Assembly (NCBI GenBank): GCA_977017645.1
Contig: OZ360219.1
Coordinates: forward strand, 253,952,001-254,016,000
From: Torpedo marmorata
Taxonomy: Eukaryota
Reading direction: 5' to 3'
Length of the DNA: 64,000 nucleotides
Positions within the stretch are counted from its first letter, which is position 1, and every line of letters starts with the position of its first letter. Of this stretch, positions 34,782 through 47,319 are shown one piece after another. The position numbers and the translations under genes are program-made. The notes beneath the pieces are model-generated. The model made no database searches. It was not told the origin of the DNA and saw nothing but the letters and a program-made list of their open reading frames with translations.

Positions 34782-37700
34782 ATGGATGTAGAACAATTTT
34801 TGGAATCACCTGAACCTGATACTTTAAAAAAGGCGAAAAAGGAACAGTTAGTGGCTATAGCAACAGAGTTGGGCATTGCTTCTGTAAAACCATCTATGAA
34901 AAAGGCAGAGATTGGGAGAAAAATTGTCAAATACTATATAAAAGAAAATAATTTGAGGAGAGCGTGTTAGAGCAGTTTCCCAAGGGTAAACCTTCTGAAA
35001 ACATACAATTGGAAATAAAGAAATTGGAATTGGAACAAAAGAACAGAGAATTGGAACAAAGGAAATTAGAATTGGAGGTAGACAGGGAACAAAAGAAATT
35101 AGAATTGGAATTGGAACAAAGGAAATTAGAATTGGAGGTAGCCAGGGAACAGAAGAGATTAGACTTGGAGAACGAGGAGAAAAATAGGATATATATGCTG
35201 GAAAAGAAAAAGTTGGAAAATGAGAGGAGACAAGAAGAGCGCCAAGATCAAATTCGTCATCCTGCTGAGGGGTTTTTGGCTAGTAGAGAAGTTAGGTTGG
35301 TTCCTCCATTTGAGGAGGCAGAAATAGATAAGTACTTCCAACATTTTGAGAAAGTGGCTGTGAAATTAAAATGGCCACAAGACCAATGGTCTCTTATGTT
35401 ACAAAGTGTAATTAAAGGAAAAGCTCAGCAAGCTTATTGTACTCTTACCATGGAGCAAGCTGCTGATTATGAAAAGGTGAAAAAGGCTATACTCCAGGCT
35501 TATGAGTTAGTTCCAGAGGCTTATAGACAGAAGTTTAGAAATTTAAAAAGATCAGCAACCCAATCTTATACAGAGTTTGCCTATGAAAAAGTTGTGTGTT
35601 TTGACAGGTGGTGCACATCTAAGGCAGTAAACAATGATTACAATCAATTGATAGAATTGATAATAATCGAGGAGATAAAAAGGTGTGTTCCTGAGGATAT
35701 TAAGGCATACTTAGATGAAAAGGAGGTGAAAACTTGGCAAGATTCAGCTAAGTTAGCAGATGAATATGCTTTAACCCACAAGCCTAAGTGGACGTCAGGT
35801 AGAATTTTCCAAAAGGTCACTGTGGATAATCAGAAGCAAGTAGAAAGTAAATTTGGAAGTGGTGTTAAGGAAAGGGATGAAGGAAAGTGGAAAAGGGAAA
35901 ACAATTCGGGTCCCATTTGCCACTACTGTAGGAAGGCTGGTCATATGCTAGCAAGCTGTCCAGTGTTGAAAAAGAAGAGAGAAAAGGATGCAACACCTAA
36001 TGCTTGTATTCAGAGTGAGAAGATGTATAACACCCAGGAAGGAGATAAATTTACTGACAAAGTTAAAGATGTATTTAAACCTTTTGTGACTGATGGTTTT
36101 GTTTCTGTTAAGGCAGGATCAAAACAAGTTCCAGTGAAAATCTTGAGAGATACTGGAGCTGCTCAGTCACTTGTGTTAGATAGTGTCTTGGAATTTTGTG
36201 AAGCTACTGACACTGGTGACATAAATTTAATTAAAGCAATTGGTGGTGAGGTTGAGTCCATTCCTTTGCACAAAATAGTATTGGACTCAGACTTGGTGGA
36301 AGGACCAGTTATAATAGGAGTGAAATCAGAGTTGCCAGTAGAAGGAGTCTCACTGTTGTTAGGCAATGACTTGGCCAAGGGTAAAGTAGTTCCTGCAGTG
36401 CGAATGACCACTAAGCCAGTCATTGATAAGTCAGAGAAAGACTCTGATATTTATCCGGCATGTGCCATAACCAGGGCCATGTCTAAGAAAAATGTCACTG
36501 TAGAGAAGGCAGTGGAAAATAACTTGGTAAAAGAAAAAGACACTGATAATCAAGAAAACCTGGAAAAGGTTGAGCAATCTCCTATGTTACACCCATCCAC
36601 TGATAAGACACCTAAAGGCACAGATTTGTCACTATCCCGACAGGAGTTAATAGCAAGGCAAAAGGACGATCCTGATCTTGTTGAGGTGAGGGATAAGGTT
36701 CTCTCTGAAGAGGAGATTAAAAAGGTGCCAGTAGGTTATTATGAAAAAGATGGGGTGTTGATGAGAAAGTGGAGACCACGTGATGTTCCTGCCAATGAAG
36801 AATGGGCAGTAGTGCAGCAGGTTGTGATCCCTAAAGTATATAGGGATGCAATAATAACTTTGGCTCATAGTACACCCTTAGGTGGTCATCTTGGGGTGAA
36901 GAAAACTATACGGAAGATAATGAAACAATTTTATTGGCCCAGTTTAAGAAGGGAGGTTGTAAGCTTTTGCCGGGCCTGTCACACTTGTCAGGTGGTGGGT
37001 AAACCTAATCAGGGTCCCCCGGTGGCACCCTTGCAACCTATCCCTGCTTTCAGTGAGCCTTTCTCGAGAGTAATTGTGGACTGTGTTGGCCCATTGCCCA
37101 AAACCAAAGCGGGGAATGAATATTTGTTAACAATTATGTGTGCAGCCACCAGATTTCCAGAGGCCATTCCTCTGAGAAACATAAAAGCAAAGTCAATTGT
37201 AAAGGCTATGGTAAAGTTTTTCACCTTGGTAGGTTTGCCAAGGGAAATTCAATCAGATCAGGGCAGTAATTTCATGTCAGGCGTTTTCCAACAAGTGGTT
37301 GATGGACTTGGAGTTAAACAGATTGTATCCTCTGCGTACCATCCAGAAAGTCAAGGGGCCTTGGAGAGGTTCCATTCGACTTTGAAAACCATGATTAGAA
37401 CCTATTGTTGTGAAAAGGAAAAGGATTGGGATGAGGGGGTTCATTTGTTGTTATTTGCAGCGAGGGAGTCTGTCCAAGACTCACTTGGTTTTAGTCCATT
37501 CGAGTTAGTTTTCGGACATGAGGTGAGAGGTCCTTTAAGATTATTAAAAGAACAGTGGATTAATCATGATGTGCATTTAAATCTGTTAGATTATGTTTCC
37601 AAATTTAAGGATTGATTACATAGGGCTTGTGAGATGGCAAAGGAGAATTTAAAGGCCACTCAACAGAGAATGAAGGTTTGGTATGATCGAAAGGCGAAGA

Positions 37701-39420
37701 TGAGAACTTTTAAACCTGGTGAGAACGTATTAGTTCTGTTTCCCATCCATTCAAATCCTCTTAGGGCTAGATTTTCAGGACCCTATAGAGTTAAGTCAAA
37801 AATTAATGATGTCACCTATGTCATAGAAACACCTAATCGCAGACGAGACACACAGGTCTGTCATGTGAATATGATTAAGCCATATTTTGAACAGGTGCCA
37901 CACAAAGGGACTGAAAATTTACCAGAGGTACTGGTTATTGATCAGGGTAAGGAGGAGACAGATGAAACCAGTTTCAGAGAGGGTCATGGGACACAGAAAT
38001 TAATAAGCCCGAGGTTAGAAAATTCCATGATTTTGCGCAATCTGGAGACAAAGTTGGCTCATCTGAAAACTTCAGAAAAGGAAGAGATGAGTCAGTTATT
38101 TTTAAAATTTATAAGTTTATTTCCTGATGTGCCTCAGAAAATTTCCATCGCTTATCATGATGTGGATGTAGGAGATGCAAGACCGATAAAACAGCATCCC
38201 TATCGAATCAATGCGGAAAAGTGCAAACTGGTAGATCAGGAAATTGACTACATGGTAAAGAACAATATCATTCGAAAGTCTACTTCCAATTGGAGTTCCC
38301 CTTGTGCCGAAGCCTGATGGAACGGTTAGGTTTTGTACTGATTATAGGAAAGTAAATGCTGTAACCAAGACAGATGCTTATCCTATTCCGAGAATAGACG
38401 ATTGTATAGACAAGGTGGGGAAGGCCAAATTTCTTACAAAAATTGACTTATTAAAAGGATACTGGTGTGTTCCTTTAACAAAAAGGGCTAGGGAGATTTC
38501 TGTATTCGTAACACCTTCTGGGCTGTATGCGTATAATGTTATGCCTTTTGGTATGAAGAATGCTCCAGGAACATTTCAGAGAATGATTAATTCAGTAATT
38601 CAGGGTTTGAAAAACACAGGTGCTTACATTGATGATTTAATTGTAAGTAGTGAGACCTGGGAAGAGCATGTCTTTGAGCTAAAACAATTGTTCGAACGAC
38701 TGTCCAAAGCAAAACTCACAGTTAATTTAAGTAAAAGTGAGTTTGGACATTTATCTGGGTTATGTAGTAGGACAGGGGCAGTTGGCGCCAGTAGAGGCAA
38801 AGGTTGTCGCTATTTCCGAGTTCCCTGTTCCAACTGGTAAGAAAACTCTGAGGAGGTTCCTGGGAATGATTGGCTACTACCGCAAGTTCTGTAAAAACTT
38901 TGCTGATCTTGCGCTCCCTCTCACAAATTTGCTTAGAAAGAAAGAAAAATTTGTATGGTCAACAGGTTGTCAGGAAGCATTTGTCAAATTGAAAGCCATG
39001 TTATGCCACCAACCTGTGCTTAAATCACCTAATTTAGAACAGCCGTTTTCTTTAGCCGTGGATGCCAGTGATGAAGCTGTGGGTGCGGTGCTGTTACAGA
39101 AGAAGAACGAAGAGGACATTGACCATCCGGTATCCTACTTCTCGAAGAAGTTCAATGATCATCAAAGGAATTATTCAACTATAGAAAAAGAGTTGTTGGC
39201 TCTTGTGTTGGCTCTACAACACTTTGATGTGTATATCTGTACAGCTCAAAAACCACTCATAGTATATACTGACCATAATCCATTGGTTTTCCTTTGTAAA
39301 ATGAAAAATAAGAATCGACGGTTGTTGAATTGGAGTCTAATTTTGCAAGAATATAATTTGGTAATCACACATATAAAAGGGAAAGATAATGTAATTGCTG
39401 ATTGTCTTTCTAGATGTTAA
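34782..39420 (+). pseudogene. Gmr1-like polyprotein: SCAN-related capsid, CCHC, protease, integrase, RT, RNase H; four disruptions
   Basis: AYELVPEAYRQKFRNL..LADEY; CHYCRKAGHMLASC; LRDTGAAQS; AHS..GHLG..CHTC, IVDCVGPLP, SDQGSNF, GALERFH, FSGPY; TDYRKVN, YIDD; VDASDEAVG, EKELLA, ADCLSR. Frameshift ~34940, stop 37613-37615, deletions ~38305 and ~38750. Confidence 0.92.
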
Positions 39421-40549
39421 ACTTTATCAATGAAAATAGTTCATATTTTGTATTTGTGGATGAACATTGTAGATTTTGTTTATATTCTGACACCTCAATT
39501 ACTTTCCTAAATTTTGTTCTTGCAGACCAAAATTTCCTTTGTGGGTGGGAGGTGTTATGGACCATGACTGACCATTTGGACTGCGGACGGTCAGCAGGAA
39601 GGATGAAGTCTTTTGGAGTATACACTGGGGCCAGGTACTGAAAGAGTTAACTTCCCCAGGACTTGGTGTACCCAGACAGAGAGAGAGACAAGCTGTGGAC
39701 AAAGATACATTGTTGCACTTTTGGTGTACCCAGACAGAGAGAGACCAGAGAGAGAGAGAGAGATAGACTGTGGACAAGATACATTTGTTGCACTTTTGCA
39801 AAAAGCAGGTGTAGATCTCTGCAAGAAGCAGACAGTTGTAAGTTGCAAAGGCTAGAGGACACAGCCAAATCCAGGCTTGTGCAAGTCAGAGAAAAGACTG
39901 GCAGGATAGCACATGGCCTCCTGTCTCAGAGAAATTCTGAGAAAAAGCAACTTCTGTGGAGAACAGGCGTGAGATCAGCGAGACTAGCTGTGAGATTGAA
40001 GCATACGCCTAAATCAGTGGTATACTGATCTGAACTTGCAATCCTTATGAACATACCAGAAGGGGACGTCATCAGAGAAGAAAGCAAGTATTTGTAAGCA
40101 TAAACAGTCATTGTCTTTCTCCAACGTTCTTTCAGAAGTACTTCTACCAGACACAGAGCTGAATTTGAAGCCTGAACTTAGAGAGTGAATTTTGTAGACT
40201 GTATTATCTTTTTTTTTGACTGACTTGTTTTTTTATGACTGACCTGGGGTTTTTTTTTGGGGGAAAGTTTTTCCATTTTTACATAAGGGTTGGGCACAGA
40301 CTGTAATGGTCTGGGCTTTACACACACACACCTTTTAGATAAGAATAGTGTTTATAGATGTTTATAGTGGGGTTAATTGTTGTGAAATTATATGTTTAAT
40401 TGTGTTTAATAAATATAAATTTCAATTTTACCCCTTTTGCATTGCGTCTTCTGTCGTTGCTGGTTTGATTTTGTAACAAAAGACAGACACCATGGTGCGG
40501 AGATGGAATTCTGTGAGGCATAGATGTCCAGAATTGGGACAACAATATG

Positions 40550-40690
40550 ATCTTGGCAGGCACACCAGAGACTGCAGCTGCTGGAATCTGGAGCAAAGAA
40601 TAATCTGCTGGAGGAACTCAACGGGCTGAGCAGCATCCCGGGGAGAAAACGAATTGTTGACATTTCGGGCAGGAATCCTTCATTAAGTAT
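40550..40690 (-). mobile_element. Penelope-like terminal remnant with decayed hammerhead-like motif
   Basis: ctgctggaggaactca..agcagcatc..gacatttcgggcaggaatccttcatt; the reverse complement is aatgaaggattcctgcccgaaatgtc. Confidence 0.55.
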
Positions 40691-40867
40691 TCTTTGCAGG
40701 TATTAAGAGTTGAATCAGTTAGCAGAATTAGAGAGGGGTAAAACCACAGTAGGATACAAGCAGACAGCAGTAACTGAACCAATTTCCTTGTCTTTACCAC
40801 AGTAGAATGGCACAACAGTTGTCCAATATACAAAGTTTTACAGATGGCCCGTATAATTTAAACATTT

Positions 40868-41092
40868 TAAATTTAAAGATACAGCACAGTAACAGGCCCT
40901 TCCGGCCCACGAGCCCGCACTTCCCAAATATGTGACCAATGAACCCACCAACCCCATACATCTTTGGCACGTGAGAGGAAACCGGAGCCCCCAGAGGAAA
41001 CCCACACAGACACCGCGAGAACGTCTTATCGAACCCGGGTCATTGACACTGTAATAGTGTTGCACTAACCGCTAAGATAACCGTGCTGCCCT
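40868..41092 (-). mobile_element. V-SINE copy
   Basis: Reverse complement begins gggcagcacggttatcttagcggttagtgcaac..ggttcga, with V-domain and CR1-like tail. Confidence 0.75.
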
Positions 41093-41191
41093 AATAATAG
41101 TGCATATTGATGAGGGTTAAATGACTAGTGCTTGCCATCATTGTTCCAATTTGGTGCAATTCTGCAGCTGGTATTGCCAATATTTAAATTA

Positions 41192-41926
41192 CCGTATATT
41201 TCGGCGTATAAGTCGACCGGCAGATAAGTTGACCCCCCTTTTTCAGCCTCATTTTAATGGTTTTATGGTATATCCGGCATATAAGTCGACCCCCAATTTT
41301 CAGGCTGTCCGGGCCTCCCAGCAACAACCCAAAATTTGTTACAACACCCCAAACGCCAAGTAACAAAGCTGTAAATTAAGCAAGTACCGGTAAGTAAAAA
41401 AAACAGTAAAAAAAACCTTTGCTTCTGGCCGGGAAGGTGCAGGTGCGGCGACGTCTTTCTCCTGAGCAGGTGCGGCGACGTCTTTCTCCCGAGCAGGAGC
41501 GGGGAGCTCGTTCTCCCGAGCAGGAGCGGGGACGTCTTTCTCCCGAGCAGGAGCGGGGACGTCTTTCTCCCGAGCAGGAGCGCGGAGCTCGTTCTCCCGG
41601 GTAGGAGTGGGGACCTCGGACTCTACAATTGTAGAATGTCTGGGTGGTTTATGGCGGCGCCCGGCGGTGGGGAGGTGTCAGGGAGCGGCGGCGCCGGCGG
41701 TGTGGAGGTGCTTCCTGCGTCGACCTATACGCCGAATCGGTTTTTCATGGGTCGACTTATACGCCGAATCGTGTTTTCAAGGGTCGACTTATACGCCGAA
41801 TCAGCGTGAACTGGATTTTGAGCTGATTTTAAGGTCTCAAAAGTATATCCGGCGTATAAGTCGACCCCCGTTTTTTGAGACATTTTTGAGGGTTTCAATG
41901 GTCGACTTATACGCTGAAATATACGG
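41192..41926. mobile_element. TcMar (Tc2/pogo-like) MITE with subterminal repeats and an internal 27-bp minisatellite
   Basis: TIR CCGTATATTTCGGCGTATAAGTCGACC / GGTCGACTTATACGCTGAAATATACGG, TA TSD. Multiple GTCGACTTATACGCCG copies. TTCTCCCGAGCAGGAGCGG repeats at ~41437-41600. Confidence 0.88.
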
Positions 41927-42639
41927 TAACTCACAGAATAAGATTCAAATGGAAATTGTGGGAGATGCAGGTAGCAGATTTCAAATGACTAATAAATTTA
42001 AAAAACGAACTAAACCTTTCCAATGACTAGATCATTATAAAACACATTTAAAATATTTACAGTGCCTTGCTAATTTAAAACAACTTCCTGAAAAATTTCC
42101 AAGATTTTTAAACATCTCTCCAATGGCTTGTTCATTTAAAGTTTCTCAAAGGTTGTAAAAGTTTGTAAAGATTTTGATTTTTTTTTCTGAAGGTTTACAC
42201 AGTCTCTTTCTTTGGCAGAATGAATCTTTTACCCCAATGTCAATCTTGTTATGATTTTGATTGGCAGGGCAAGCCTTGGTTGCCGCAATTTAATGCCTCA
42301 TGAAACAATAATGCGGGAGCAGCTGCCGTGAAACATTTTGCAATATTTGGCACCAGTATTCACTGGGAGGCTTGTTGAAGAAGATGACTGCAGTTTTTAT
42401 TGAACCAGAAGCAAATGCTGTTTGCTTATCACCGATCACAAAACTAAGGTAATTAATTTCAAATAATAATGGTTAATCACATTGATTTAAATAAAAGAGC
42501 AAAATACAATTACTCCGCTTTGTATCAGTTAATAGCTAAACATTCGGATGAGGTTCTTATTGGGTAATCTTTATTCAGTTTTGTCTTCCATATCAAATTT
42601 CATCGACTGCCTGAGATGATGCCCATCTTTGTTCTCGTA

Positions 42640-43580
42640 GATCACAGATGCAACTCAGAAATAGGCCTAACTCATCCATGCCGACCAACCTGCCTTCCTG
42701 AGCTCATACCATTTACCTGCATTCAGCCCATATCCCTCTCATCCTTTCCTGTCTATGAATCTGTCCAAATGTCTTTTAAACATTGTAATTGTAACCACCA
42801 CTACCTCTCTCATTCCAAATATCCAGTGCCCTCTGTGGAAAAACGTACCCTTCAGGTCCCCATTAAATCTGCTCATCCTTCTCGTTATTTATTCCCCTCT
42901 CTTGGGAAAAAGACTAACAATTCACCTTATCTATACCCCACATGATTATACAGTATATTCCAGGGAAAAAAGTCCCAGCCTATCCAGTCACTCCTGATCG
43001 TGAAATTTTTCTGCACCCTCTCTTGCTTAATCATCTTATGGCTTGGCTTCGCGAACGAAGATCCAGGAAGGATCGTAGACATGGCATGTCCTTCGAGCCT
43101 GCACAATGTTTTTTTTTACGTGGAGTGCAGTGTGTGCAGTACTGGCCGGGGTTTATCTGCCATGGCCTAGCAAGCTTGGACGGTGACAGCCAGGTCCTCG
43201 GGTCGTAGGTGTTACGTCAGAGTGTCCTTCTCCTAGATGGATGGCCTGATGAGGCTAATGAGCCCCATCTGCTTAATTATATCCTTCCTGTAATATCGCA
43301 ACATGAACTGCATACAATATTTCAGATGTGGTCTCATCAGTGTCCTGTACAGGTACAACATGATGTTCCATCTCTTGTACTTACTGTCCCATTTGATGAA
43401 GGGAAGTGTGCCATATACCTTCTTCACCATTGTATCTATGTGCATAACCACTTTCAGGGAACTATGCGCTTGTATCCTTGTGTCTCTCTCTCTTCTACAT
43501 CATTGCCCAAGGCCACTGTCTTGCCCTGGTTTAATTTCCCAAAATGCAACACTTCACACTTGTCTGAATTAAATTCTGTC
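42640..43580 (-). mobile_element. CR1 3' fragments interrupted by a short insert (~43030-43270) resembling an RTE-type terminus
   Basis: ORF 43233-43451(-) LYRTLMRPHLKYCMQF..YRKDI is a CR1 RT C-terminus. The insert assignment is tentative. Confidence 0.6.
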
Positions 43581-45339
43581 TCATCAGGCACCTGAAGGAG
43601 GGCTTAGGCCCAAAACATCGACTGCTGTTGGCTTTCATTGGATGGTACATGCCCTGCTGAGTTTCTCCAGCACTTTTGTGTACTGTCATAGAATCATTGA
43701 ATGATATTGTGCAGAAACAGGCCCATCAACCTGCATAGACCATTAAATTCCCATTTACATTGATCCCATTTTATTCTCTCCATGTGTCCATCAGGTTTTC
43801 CCAGATTCTACTACTCACCACACAAAAAGAAGAAATTTACTGTGCCAAATTGATCTGTGGGCAAGCTCATAGCCTTGCTCATTGATCCACTCCCAGCTTG
43901 ATGTGCTTGGAGCATAGAGTTGCTTATCAAAGTTCAAGGTTTCTTTATTTTCATGGATACAAATTACACTAAATTAGTTTTCTTCACCTTGTAAAGGCAC
44001 GCCGACATGCCGCTAGTCGAGCACCTCCATCAAGAAGAGAAAGGGAATCAAATGAGTGTTCCTTCATAGACATCACGTGTCCGTAGATCCCACCACCTCC
44101 TCTGATGCCACCACCTCCGGTACCCCCGTAACTCCCACATGCTTGGCCTCCTGTCCATTCCAGCGGTGAACCTGAGCTCCAGGCATCCAAGTCACCCTCC
44201 TCGGCCCCTGGGTCTGACCCCCCCCCCCAGTACATTCAGGAAGCTGTCGATGCCTGAAGCCTTTTGGGAGCCCCGCTTGCCATTGGCACCCTCACGAATC
44301 CCCATCCTGATACCTGTCCTGATTCCCCTGAACCAATCTCCAGCAGCCCCCAGCCTGATCTGAGGTCTTCAGCCACTGAGCCCCTCGCTGGTCCGCTGCT
44401 GTGGTCTCTTCTCCCAGACTTCTCCTTCTTGGCAGGGTGGGATTCTCCCGCTTGGGTGCCCTGCGCCGATCTACTGGTCCCTGGAGCCCACAACCCTCGT
44501 GCTCTAGGTGCCACCATCTCAGGCATGCAACTCCGTGGGTTCTCCGATATAAAAAATAAGTCACCAGCCCTTTTCCACAGGCAGTTTAAACCTGTACAGG
44601 GCCATCGGGCATGTCTACCATCGGGCAGTAGGACACCTGGAAGACACATCTCCACTTTCCGCTCCTCCCAGGTCAACTCTATTTACTCTACCCTGCTGAT
44701 TCTCCTTCCATCCTGTTCCCACTTGTTCCTCTCAACCTCCTTTCTTTTTCCACCAGCTCCACATTGCCTTTACCTTCTGCATAATAAAAGAAAATTGCTG
44801 CCAGGAGCCTCACACAATCTCCACTCACTTGTGCAGTTTAAAATCACTTTTTCATCATTATGCAATTTCTAGACCATTGTCTCTGCTTTGAGACAACACA
44901 GAATTTCACTGCCCATGGCGTAAAACAATGTTTGATCTTGGACATAAATCTTCACATTTACCTTTATATTTACATCCCCGCTTTCCAAATAGCAAGCAGG
45001 AGAAAACGCGTGGCATCAGAATATAGGCCCAGGGCCTGAGATGCGATATAAACCAACACTTGTTCAAACCTGTACACGTAGTGTACAAACTTTGTGTTAC
45101 CGGTTCATGCATATAATTGCAGAGCAGACTTACATCTTATGCAGAACCCAGCCAGACCTCATTGCAGTGATAAAGTTAATTAGACTCTCTACAGGACCCA
45201 AGTTTCTTGAATAGCTACATCCAGGTGAAACTTAACTGGAGCAATTAAACCAGTCTGTATCTTTTAAATAGAGGGAGCATTCAAGAAAAGGTGGAAGTGA
45301 GTGTGGCAATGTATGGAGCTTGGTCAAACAGACATGCCA

Positions 45340-45481
45340 TGAAACTCGAAAGTCTGAAGACACTGTGATTGTAGTAAAAACACAGAAATGCCGGAGGAAC
45401 TCAGTAGGTCTCACAGTGTCCATAGGAGGTAAAGGTATGTAACCAATGTTTCGGGCCTGAGCCCTTCCTCAAGGTAAGAGT
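45340..45481 (-). mobile_element. Short Penelope-like terminal unit with the best-preserved hammerhead-like motif
   Basis: Minus strand: acc TTGAGGA A GGGC tcag GCCC GAAA catt ggt. Flanked by CATGCCA at 45333-45339 and 45482-45488. Confidence 0.6.
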
Positions 45482-47319
45482 CATGCCACATGGTTGGTGA
45501 ATTGGGATTTTTACCTGTTGCACTTGATGTCTTTATTTGAGGAGGTGGAAAGTGAGGAGTGAAGCAAGTTATCAACTGTGATGGACTTGGCCAGTAGGTC
45601 TTGCAGGCACACATTTTTAAAAGTAGTGGGAGGAGCTGATTCTGGATTGGAAAGCAGGGAACCTGTTGCAAAGCTTCATTGAAGTCATATCCATGGTTGT
45701 GGTCATTGAAAGTATCTTCAAATGTAAGGCCATTAACCTCACAGTCCTCAGTGCACCAATCCTCCATTAATCACCCGCCTCTCATCTCTATCAGTTATAA
45801 CTCAAACATAGCACCATAACCTTCGTAGTGTTGCAGTTCTACAGCAAATCCACATTTCATGGACTGCACGAACTGGCCATTGCGCTCGATCTCTCTCTCT
45901 CTCTCTCTCCTATTTACAGACACTGTGTGGGAGGTGGGACCTGCACAGATGCACAGAGTAACTCCACATGCGTGAGTGATGTGTAGCTAGGGCTGGAGGG
46001 GAGAGGAGGAGGGTGCCATTGATGGTGATGTTGCACACACCCTGCTGAGGGGGATTCAGATGAGGGCAATAACAAGGTGGTGTCAAACTCACATGTGCAG
46101 CCAACGGGGAAGCCAGCAATCATTGCAAAGCTGTCTGTTTGCTCTCTTGAAAGAGAGACTGAGATGCAAATGGCTCCAATAGAATTGTGAGACTCCTTGA
46201 ACCTTATGGAAAAGTGAAGTGAGATATGTTGTCAATATCTCCAACTCCTGCGTAGAAGTAGCCTGATGCATACAATTTTATACTTACCTTGACCTTGATA
46301 GCCTCTAGCACAGAGGTCACTGAATAACCTTTTTGTGTTCTGGCTGAAGCATACATAATTTTTTCAGTGAAGATCCCCTTATTTAATTGTAGGTATCTCA
46401 CATATTGCACCTCACTGAGGTGGACTGAGGAGAATTATTCCCTTGGTGGAGGAATTCTCTTGCTGAGGGCCCATTTTGTTTTTCTCTTTCTGTGATTATG
46501 AGCAGGCTATCCTCCTCTCTATTCCCTTTTCTTAGTCTCTTTATCCTACAGTTCTCTGTATCAACTGTATGTTAGTGAACAACAGGCATTGCTGAAACTT
46601 GAAGCAAACACAAACTCCTCATAGATCTTACAACCCCAAAAGGATACTGGAAGCATCAAACACTAGTTTAGTCTAACCAACACTCCATCAAAATGGGTCA
46701 GCAAATTACTTGCAAGTAAATAGCGCAGGTGGAGGGGTAAGAGATAGACATCCTTCATGTTGCCAAGTACTTGATCCGCCTTGTATATTGAATGCATGGT
46801 TCTTCTTTAATCATTGAGGCTCAGTGAAGCAGGATTAGCATTAAATTAGTGTGGCATGCTGATTGATGACAATTTCTCAATTCTCTCGGCCTCTTCTGGA
46901 TGAGTATATCGTGAGCACTCATGCACTTCTCCCAATATAGCAGCCAACTCAATTTGTGGTACAAATATGTGTACTTGCATTTGTATCACACACTAATAAA
47001 TTGGTACCTGTAATCTTTAAACAGCAGTCACGACATAACTGAGTCTTACAGCTCATTAACACTCTGCCTTTACCCCAGACCATCTCTGAACTATTGCAAG
47101 TTACTTTTTTTTGCACGAGGGTTACTGTGAATTTTTATTATCTATCTAACTTATGTATTTATTGTCTTTTTAATTTAATTATGTATGCTATTATACTTTT
47201 TACAAATACCTGTTTGGCTGCAGCAAGCAAGAATTTTAGTGAAAAAGTACATAGTACAATATAAATGACAATAAACTCATGATCATTATTAATGCTGTTT
47301 GAAGCACATCGCAAGAGAG

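Larger units (their letters stand above)
33713..40478 (+). mobile_element. Full-length Gmr1-like Gypsy LTR retrotransposon (gag-PR-IN-RT-RH order)
   Basis: LTRs 33713-34650 and 39553-40478 (TGTTA..TAACA, about a dozen substitutions). PBS 34655-34672, PPT 39541-39552. 4-bp flanks AGAG/AAAG. Confidence 0.95.

Noticed and set aside
43243-43270. CTGATGAG hammerhead-like core
   Set aside because: No downstream GAAA or stem III; part of a different repeat terminus.
43984-44872. Overlapping GC-rich ORFs up to 202 aa
   Set aside because: Pro/Ser-rich with no domain; probably an unclassified repeat I cannot assign.
46289-46410. Possible minus-strand exon ending at GTAAGT (also a plus-strand candidate at 14835-14952)
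   Set aside because: Open frame, but no recognisable protein and no partner exons.
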